Assembly: GCA_041660605.1 (NCBI GenBank)
Contig: JBAZWB010000001.1
Span: 137,295-201,294, forward strand
Source of the DNA: Patescibacteria group bacterium
GTDB taxonomy: Bacteria > Patescibacteriota > Patescibacteriia > UBA10025 > JAHIVO01
Reading direction: 5' to 3'
Length of the DNA stretch: 64,000 nt
The position numbers and the translations under genes are program-made. Positions 57,581 to 64,000 of this stretch are shown here, piece after piece; within the stretch, counting starts at the first letter, position 1; each line of letters opens with the position of its first letter. The notes below the pieces were generated by a model. The model searched no databases, was not told where the DNA came from, and saw nothing but the letters and a program-made list of their open reading frames with translations.

Positions 57581-58711
57581 ATGACCAAAAAAAATATTAA
57601 AATTCTGATTTTTTCCTTAATCTTCATCGGCGCTTTTTTATTGGCCGGACGGGTCAGCGCGGCAACTCTTTCCATCCAGCCGTCGCAGGATGAATACGCC
57701 ATCGGAGAAACATTCATTGTCGAAGTGCATTTAAAAGGAGAAGGGGAAATTGTCAATGCGGTGAAAGCGACCATAACGTATCCCAGTGATTTATTGGAGG
57801 TGACGGAATTATCAAAAGGGGGTTCGTTTTTATCGCTTTGGGCGCAAGAGCCAGCCAATGAATCAAGCGGCGGAGTTATCAGTCTGGCTGGCGGGATACC
57901 GAACGGCAGTTATGTGGTAGATGGCAGAGTGCTGGCTATCACTTTCCGCACCATTGCTCCGGGCGGAGCGGAAATCGCTTTTGACCAGAACCAGACGGGC
58001 GTTTATCTGAATGACGGCCATGGTACGCCGGCAAATTTAACTCTGAAATCAGGCATCTTCAACATTGCCGATCGCACTAACGTGAAAATAACTTCACCGA
58101 CCCATCCTGACGAAGAGGCCTGGTACCAGAATAAAACATTTACGGTAAATTGGAGCCCGAAAGAAGGGGCGAAGTACAGCTACTTACTGACCAATGATCC
58201 TGATAAAGCCCCGGATGAAGTGCAGGAATTCGCCGAGGGCGTAGTAACATTCAAGGATTTGCCGGACGGAATTTCATATTTTATTTTAAATGAGCAACTC
58301 CCGGGAAAATCGTGGCAGATCGTGGGCAAACGGCGGGCGATGGTGGATACTGTCCTGCCCTCGCCGATTGAAACGATTGTCAGCCGGGACAGGACATTGT
58401 ATGATGGGAAATATTTCTTGATTTTTTCTGCCGTGGACAGGACTTCCGGCGTGGATCATTATGACATTATTGAAGATGGAAAGAAATCCAGCCATGCCGT
58501 TTCCCCCTACATTTTATCAGATCAAACAAGGCAGGAAATGATAGAGATTCGCGCTTTTGATAAAGCGGGTAACGTCAGAACCGCGGTTTTGGGGGACAAG
58601 AGGGGGAGCCTAGAGGAAGAGAGGGGTTTCACCATAGCCCTGCTGATGTTTATCGGCGCCTTAATTCTCTTGCTGGTTTTTGTTCTGGTTAGGACCAGGT
58701 CAAAAAAATAA
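57581..58711 (+). CDS. Cohesin-like domain protein with Ig-like domains and C-terminal TM
   Basis: Signal peptide; GETFIVEV..NAVKATITYPSDLLEV..G.ISLAGG..G.VLAITFR pattern; ITSPTHPD..WY; likely ATG 57581. Confidence 0.75.
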   Translation: MTKKNIKILIFSLIFIGAFLLAGRVSAATLSIQPSQDEYAIGETFIVEVHLKGEGEIVNAVKATITYPSDLLEVTELSKGGSFLSLWAQEPANESSGGVISLAGGIPNGSYVVDGRVLAITFRTIAPGGAEIAFDQNQTGVYLNDGHGTPANLTLKSGIFNIADRTNVKITSPTHPDEEAWYQNKTFTVNWSPKEGAKYSYLLTNDPDKAPDEVQEFAEGVVTFKDLPDGISYFILNEQLPGKSWQIVGKRRAMVDTVLPSPIETIVSRDRTLYDGKYFLIFSAVDRTSGVDHYDIIEDGKKSSHAVSPYILSDQTRQEMIEIRAFDKAGNVRTAVLGDKRGSLEEERGFTIALLMFIGALILLLVFVLVRTRSKK

Positions 58712-58722
58712 CAGACCAGATT

Positions 58723-61185
58723 ATGAGGAGGTTAATATTAATATTTTTTTTTGCAGCGGCCTTAGTTTTATTTTTGCCTGATTCCGCCTCGGCCGCCTCT
58801 TTATATCTAAGCCCGGCGAGCGCCAGCCATACGGTCGGCGACAGTTTTAACGTTACCGTCGGGGTAAATACCGCCAATGCCGCCATTAATTCCGCCATGG
58901 CGACAGTCTCTTTTACCAATGATTTGCTGGAAGTAACGTCGGTTTCGCAAACGGGAATTTTCAGCCTCTGGCCGGTAACACCGTCGTATTCCAATGGCAG
59001 CGGGACGGTCAGTTTTGCCGGCGGCCTGCCTAATCCCGGTTATAACGGATCTTCGGGAACCATTATATCCATAAGCTTCAAAGCAAAAGCAGTAGGCACG
59101 GCCAGGGCCAGCATCGGTTCGGCCAGTGTCCTGGCTAATGACGGATTTGGTACAAACGTCCTCACTTCTTCCGGCAGCGGTACGTATACGATAACCGCAG
59201 CCGCACAGCCAAAACCCGAGCCCGAGCCGGAACCGCAGCCTGAGCTTAAATTCCCGGATGTCCCGAAAATAACTTCATCAACGCATCCTGAGCAGGTATT
59301 TTGGTATTCTAATAATAATCCGTCATTTACCTGGAATAAGCAGGAGGGGGTGGTCGGCTTCAGTTATGCTTTTGATGATAGCTCAGGCACTGTACCCGAT
59401 AAAAATCGCGATTCAACATCTAATTCCATCAGTTATACCAGCACCGGCGATGGTGTCTGGTATTTTCACGTGCGCGCCCAAAATGCCGATGGCTGGGGAG
59501 ACACCGGGCATTATAAAGTGCAGATAGACACCGCCCCACCGCGGGCTTTTGCCATTGAGCTCTTGGACGGCAAGCGCACCACCGTGACCTCGCCCCGCCT
59601 GTCATTTTCCACTACAGATGATAAGTCAGGAGTGCACCATTACAGTTTATCAATAAATAGCCAGGCGCCAATCAGCATTGATGTCGGCAAGACCACGCCT
59701 TATACTCTGGCAAATCTGGCCGTTGGCGATTATAAAGTGGTCGCTACAGCTTATGACAACGCCAGCAACCAGACACAAGCGACTAATAATTTTACGATTT
59801 ATAAGCCCGAGGAAAAAACTCCGGAGGAGAAGAAAGAAGAAAAGGAAAAGTCCGAGGAAGTTCTGCCGCCGGTCGCAAAAACGCTAAAGAAAATTCAGGA
59901 GGCATTGCCGGCGCCTATCAGAAAAATTACGGAGCAGATCGGCAAAACTGTCCAGCAAATAAAAGAAAATGAAACAGTCAGTAAGACGGTGGACCGGGTC
60001 GTGCAGCCGGTAGTGGCCACTTCCGCGGTGGTAGCTGTCACCGGCCTGGCGGCAACAGCCGGCTCTACCCAGTTTTTCAATTTATTGTATTTATTCTTCC
60101 GTTTCGGCTATTTCTGGCTGGTGCCGATATCTTTCGGCAAAAAAAGGAAAGCCTGGGGCACTGTCTTCGACAGCCTGACCGGCCGGCCGATTTCCCGGGC
60201 AGTGGTGAGAATTTTTTCGCGCGAATTCAATAAGCTGCGTGAAAGCCAGATAACCGACAAGGAAGGCCGTTTCGGCTTTATCGTCGATGAGGGCGTGTAT
60301 TATCTGACCGTCACCCGCCCCGGCTATGTCTTCCCTTCGCACATATTGGAGACCGCGGCCATCAGCCAGTACATTAATATTTATCGGGGCAATACCATTA
60401 GTATTGATGATGGCAATAAGGGCACCTTGGCTTTGAATATCCCCGTTGATCCGAATATGAGGGAAATCAGCAGTGGCCGCGTAAATTGGCTGAAGATAAT
60501 CAGCTTTATTGGAAATCTGCTGGAAAAAATGAACACTCCGCTGTTGATTGGCGGTACGATATTAAGCTGGTTAGCCCTGATTATTGAGCCAAAATTGATA
60601 AATTACCTGCTACTGGGACTGTACGCCGCACTTTTGTTTTTAAGGTACATAACTGCCCGCCATTTAGGCCGTTCTTGGGGCGTGGTCAAGGATAAATATA
60701 CCGGTGCGCCGATCGAACAGGCGGTGGTCCGCATCTACAACGTGAATACCGGCAATCTCTTATGGACGCGCGTGACCAATCAGCAGGGCCAGTTCAATGG
60801 CTTGCTGTCGCCTGGCAGATATTATCTGGTAATAATAAAATACGGCTATCATATGTTCCAGAGCAAACCGGTGAATGTCTCCAGGAAACGCGGTTACATC
60901 AGGTTCACGGCTGAATTAATTTCCAAGAAAGCGCAGCTGCCGCCGGTCAGCGGCAAGGGCGACCAGGATATACACCTGGAATCGATTTCCGTCCCAGGTG
61001 CATACAAGGATAATACGGCACCGCGGCCGGTGCGCGAGGAAAACGTTTTTCAGCCGCCGGTGCCGCGGCGTCCGTCAGCCTCAGGCAAAAATGTTTTTGA
61101 ACCCCCTAAGCCTATAAACGGACTGGGGCAGTCCGGGAATCAAACAGCAGCGCCGAAAAGCCGCCGTTCGGCAAAAAAGAAATAA
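58723..61185 (+). CDS. Cohesin-like, Ig-like and carboxypeptidase-regulatory-like multi-domain membrane protein
   Basis: VGDSFNVTV..TVSFTNDLLEV..GTVSFAGG..GTIISISFKAK; PEPEPE linker; two WGxVxDxxTGxPIxxAVVRI domains separated by TM segments. Confidence 0.78.
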   Translation: MRRLILIFFFAAALVLFLPDSASAASLYLSPASASHTVGDSFNVTVGVNTANAAINSAMATVSFTNDLLEVTSVSQTGIFSLWPVTPSYSNGSGTVSFAGGLPNPGYNGSSGTIISISFKAKAVGTARASIGSASVLANDGFGTNVLTSSGSGTYTITAAAQPKPEPEPEPQPELKFPDVPKITSSTHPEQVFWYSNNNPSFTWNKQEGVVGFSYAFDDSSGTVPDKNRDSTSNSISYTSTGDGVWYFHVRAQNADGWGDTGHYKVQIDTAPPRAFAIELLDGKRTTVTSPRLSFSTTDDKSGVHHYSLSINSQAPISIDVGKTTPYTLANLAVGDYKVVATAYDNASNQTQATNNFTIYKPEEKTPEEKKEEKEKSEEVLPPVAKTLKKIQEALPAPIRKITEQIGKTVQQIKENETVSKTVDRVVQPVVATSAVVAVTGLAATAGSTQFFNLLYLFFRFGYFWLVPISFGKKRKAWGTVFDSLTGRPISRAVVRIFSREFNKLRESQITDKEGRFGFIVDEGVYYLTVTRPGYVFPSHILETAAISQYINIYRGNTISIDDGNKGTLALNIPVDPNMREISSGRVNWLKIISFIGNLLEKMNTPLLIGGTILSWLALIIEPKLINYLLLGLYAALLFLRYITARHLGRSWGVVKDKYTGAPIEQAVVRIYNVNTGNLLWTRVTNQQGQFNGLLSPGRYYLVIIKYGYHMFQSKPVNVSRKRGYIRFTAELISKKAQLPPVSGKGDQDIHLESISVPGAYKDNTAPRPVREENVFQPPVPRRPSASGKNVFEPPKPINGLGQSGNQTAAPKSRRSAKKK

Positions 61186-61321
61186 AAATTTCGTTCAGGC
61201 GTATTTAAATACATTATAATGCATAGTGGCAGATTATTTGCCCAAAAATATTGATTTATGTTAAAGTAGCTGTTAGATAAGCCGGTTTTTTGTACTATTT
61301 TAAAATCCCCAATGAACATTT

Positions 61322-62266
61322 ATGGCCATAGAAATGAGAAAAACCCGGATTGTGAATTTATTGAAAAAGTACCGGTTTGGGGCAATAGTCGGTTTTTACC
61401 GGATTAAAAAAGGCTTTGCCAATACAGTAATTGATTTATCAACAACCGCAGGGCGTTATATTTTAAAAATCGCGGAAAGAAACAATCCGGTTCGCGTCAG
61501 ATATGAGGTGGCTTTGCTGAATTTTATCAGGGGATTGCCTACGCCCCGGCCAATCGCCGCCAGTAACGGAAATTTTTTAAATAATTATAATAAAACAAAT
61601 AAAGCGTTTATTTATAAATATTTGCCCGGGCGGTTCGCCGGAGAATTGACTCCTGCGAGATTGAGAGCAGCGGGGATTTTTTTAGGGAAACTGCACAAAC
61701 AGACAAGGCGTTTTCACTCGCCGATCAAGCGGATGGAATTTTATAATATTACTCCGCAAAATTTAAAAGCGACAATTAAGAGGATCCGCCGGGGTCGCCA
61801 TCAGGAGGTAGTTCATCATCTGCCATATCTGGAACAAAACATTTTAAAATACGTTCCTTCAAAGAAGCTGCCCGCTGGCGCCATGCACATTGATTTTAAA
61901 CCGGAAAACGCCCTTTTTACCGGGCAGAAGCTGACTGGCGTAGTTGATTTTGATAACTCCTACAACGGGCCATTAGTGCTGGATTTAGCCAATACTATCA
62001 TGTGGTTTTGTTCGAAAAACGGCCGTTTCAACCTGAAAGCGGCGCTAATAATTTTTCGGTCATATCAGAGCGTCAGGGCATTAAATCAGTCAGAGAAAAG
62101 AAATTTTATTAAAGTTTTGCACTTTGCTTTTTTAAGCCACATATTGGTGGACATGTATCATCTGGCGCTGGGAAAATTGCCGCTGGGATATATCAGATGG
62201 GGAATAAAAAATTTACTGCTGACGGAAAAGGATCTTAAGGTAACCGACAAAGATTTTAAACTATAA
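61322..62266 (+). CDS. Type II homoserine kinase-like / APH-family phosphotransferase
   Basis: YILKI, LGKLH, HIDFKPENALF, VVDFD, DLA motifs. Confidence 0.8.
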   Translation: MAIEMRKTRIVNLLKKYRFGAIVGFYRIKKGFANTVIDLSTTAGRYILKIAERNNPVRVRYEVALLNFIRGLPTPRPIAASNGNFLNNYNKTNKAFIYKYLPGRFAGELTPARLRAAGIFLGKLHKQTRRFHSPIKRMEFYNITPQNLKATIKRIRRGRHQEVVHHLPYLEQNILKYVPSKKLPAGAMHIDFKPENALFTGQKLTGVVDFDNSYNGPLVLDLANTIMWFCSKNGRFNLKAALIIFRSYQSVRALNQSEKRNFIKVLHFAFLSHILVDMYHLALGKLPLGYIRWGIKNLLLTEKDLKVTDKDFKL

Positions 62267-62270
62267 AAAT

Positions 62271-63176
62271 ATGGGATACGCTGAAACGCGCTATAACATT
62301 GAAAGAAATCCCGAAATAAAAGAACAGGAACCGGACGTTCGCGTGCCGCTGGTTGACATTGTCAGGCACGGCGATACCGATTATAAAGAATTGCGTGACC
62401 CTAGTTTCAAATTTGATCCGCAGGCTCTGGATTTTAAACTTGATGCCGAGCACCTGGATTTGAACGAGCAGGGGATTGAAAATATTCTCCAGACTGCAAT
62501 GCAGCTGTGCCAGTCTATTGATAAAGAAAAAGAGGTCGTTATGTTGGTTTCCAGCCCGAATTACAGGGCGCAATCAAGCATCCTGCTTATAGAGAAAATT
62601 TTGCAGGAAAATGGCATCGATGTATTGAATTCTTCGGCAGCCAAGCAGGCAGGGGCAAGTAAAGGCATTAGGTTGGTTGGAAATTTGCGGCAGATTGAGC
62701 AACGAGACTCTAATTTCAATCCGACTTGGAGCGCTGAGGACAAGAAATACCGGGAAGAGGATCCGCAAAGACAGAAAATAAGCGCACGCGAAGCGCACAC
62801 GGAAATTGCCGCCCGACTAGGTAAAACCGTTCCCGAGATTTTTACCAGAGATCATGACCAGCTGGATTTGGATTTTAGAAAGTGGCTGCGCCACATGATA
62901 AACATTGATCAAAATTTTGATGAAAAAACTAAAAAAGTCATTGCTGGCCGGAGAATCAGATTAATCTGCGCGACTCACGAAGAAGTGCCTGAAAAGTTTA
63001 TGCAAGAAGCACTGGGTGTGGAGGGTAATTTAGCAAAAGGCCAGGTAATGGAGATAAACGCACAGAATAAACTATCACCGGGCGAAAAAACGGCAGCGCA
63101 GGTAAGCTTGTTTGAGAAAGGAGAGGCAAGAGGTGCGCAGGGCAAGATTTCCATTTCATATGATAAAAAGGAGTAA
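62271..63176 (+). CDS. Histidine phosphatase superfamily protein
   Basis: IVRHGDT, SSPNYRAQSS, ATHE. Confidence 0.7.
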   Translation: MGYAETRYNIERNPEIKEQEPDVRVPLVDIVRHGDTDYKELRDPSFKFDPQALDFKLDAEHLDLNEQGIENILQTAMQLCQSIDKEKEVVMLVSSPNYRAQSSILLIEKILQENGIDVLNSSAAKQAGASKGIRLVGNLRQIEQRDSNFNPTWSAEDKKYREEDPQRQKISAREAHTEIAARLGKTVPEIFTRDHDQLDLDFRKWLRHMINIDQNFDEKTKKVIAGRRIRLICATHEEVPEKFMQEALGVEGNLAKGQVMEINAQNKLSPGEKTAAQVSLFEKGEARGAQGKISISYDKKE

Positions 63177-63187
63177 ATTTTTTTAAT

Positions 63188-63278
63188 ATGGCACAAGCCC
63201 CATACCAGAGCTCACCTTTGGCTAGCTCCCATCGGGCCTGAGCCCTCAGGGCCGAAGGCAGGGTCATATGGTACGGGG
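63188..63278 (+). pseudogene. dnaG start fragment 1 followed by palindromic element
   Basis: atggcacaag (first 10 nt of dnaG) joined to ccccatacca...tggtacgggg (63198-63278). Confidence 0.6.
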
Positions 63279-63338
63279 TTAAAGAGCGGTAAAATGGCTT
63301 TTATACGATTATAAAAAGATTAAGTAAATAGATAAGCA

Positions 63339-63435
63339 ATGGCACAGGATAATATCGACCCCGCACCAAAGCTCCCCTTCGACTCCGCTCCTTCAACAAG
63401 TTCAGGAGCTTCGCTCAGGGTCGCTTGATGCGGGG
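63339..63435 (+). pseudogene. dnaG start fragment 2 followed by palindromic element
   Basis: atggcacaggataatatcga (19/20 to dnaG start) joined to ccccgcaccaa...ttgatgcgggg (63359-63435). Confidence 0.8.
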
Positions 63436-63492
63436 CTAGGTAGAACAATTATTGGTCTAAGGTTTTTCACAGATATAACAAATTATTATACT

Positions 63493-64000
63493 ATGGCACA
63501 AGATAATATCGAGGAAATTAAATCAAAAATTGATGTCGTTGATTTGATACAGGAGTACATCCAGGTCAAGCCGGCAGGCGCCAACAGTTTCAGGGCGCTC
63601 TGTCCGTTTCACCACGAAAAGACGCCGTCTTTCATGGTTTCACGGGACAAGCAGATCTGGCACTGCTTCGGCTGCGCCGAGGGCGGCGATATTTTCGGCT
63701 TTGTCATGAAGATGGAAGGCCTGGAATTTCCTGAGGCACTGCGCATCCTGGCGAAAAAAGCCGGCGTGCAGCTGAAATACCAGGATCCGGCGCAAAGTAA
63801 CCAAAAAACCAGGCTGATGGAGATCTGCAAATCGGCGGCATTTTTCTTCCATAAAATTTTATTGGATCACCCCAAGGCGGAATTTGTCCGGGAATATTTG
63901 AAGAAAAGAAAAGTACAGGAGCAGACAACGGAAGCCTGGCAGCTTGGCTACGCGCCTGACGCCTGGGAGACGCTCAACACTTATTTGACCGGCAAGGGGT
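63493..64000 (+). CDS. dnaG: DNA primase, N-terminal part (runs off window end)
   Basis: MAQDNIEEIKSKIDVVDLIQEY..LCPFHHEKTPSF..WHCFGCAEGGDIFGF (CHC2 zinc finger)..LGYAP; not in ORF track. Confidence 0.97.
   Translation, partial: MAQDNIEEIKSKIDVVDLIQEYIQVKPAGANSFRALCPFHHEKTPSFMVSRDKQIWHCFGCAEGGDIFGFVMKMEGLEFPEALRILAKKAGVQLKYQDPAQSNQKTRLMEICKSAAFFFHKILLDHPKAEFVREYLKKRKVQEQTTEAWQLGYAPDAWETLNTYLTGKG

Noticed and set aside
56665-61185. True cellulosome
   Set aside because: No glycoside hydrolase or CBM motifs recognised and no multi-cohesin scaffoldin.

Overview
Bacterial chromosome segment. It most resembles a Patescibacteria (CPR, Parcubacteria-like) genome; this is inferred from gene content, SD-less AT-rich leaders on core genes and typical small membrane proteins. 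Housekeeping genes are efp (3' end), trpS, rnj, a peptide ABC solute-binding protein, secG, uvrC, uvrA, groES/groEL with a perfect CIRCE, ppsA and dnaG (5' end). Four unusual layers stand out. (1) Nested tRNA loci: an intact tRNA-Leu(CAG) and an intact tRNA-Ser(GGA) each sit inside an older copy with the same anticodon that is broken by short GC-rich palindromic insertions, with further tRNA fragments alongside. The dnaG start codon region shows the same pattern, with two dead palindrome-interrupted copies upstream of the live one. (2) A ~28 kb surface-structure locus: a 6677-aa protein (N-terminal HTH, TM helix, tail-collar-like His repeats, huge Thr/Gly repeat region, WxL-like C-terminus), a small paralog of its C-terminal domain, two DUF916/DUF3324-like partners, a dockerin protein and two cohesin-like membrane proteins. 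(3) About nine solitary ORFan cassettes that each carry a sigma70 promoter, a strong SD and a terminator, several also with a boxA-like motif, unlike the core genes. (4) A GIY-YIG nuclease embedded in REP-doublet arrays that also bracket a pseudo-receiver/UPF1-like helicase island. All domain calls are by eye from motifs; no searches were run.
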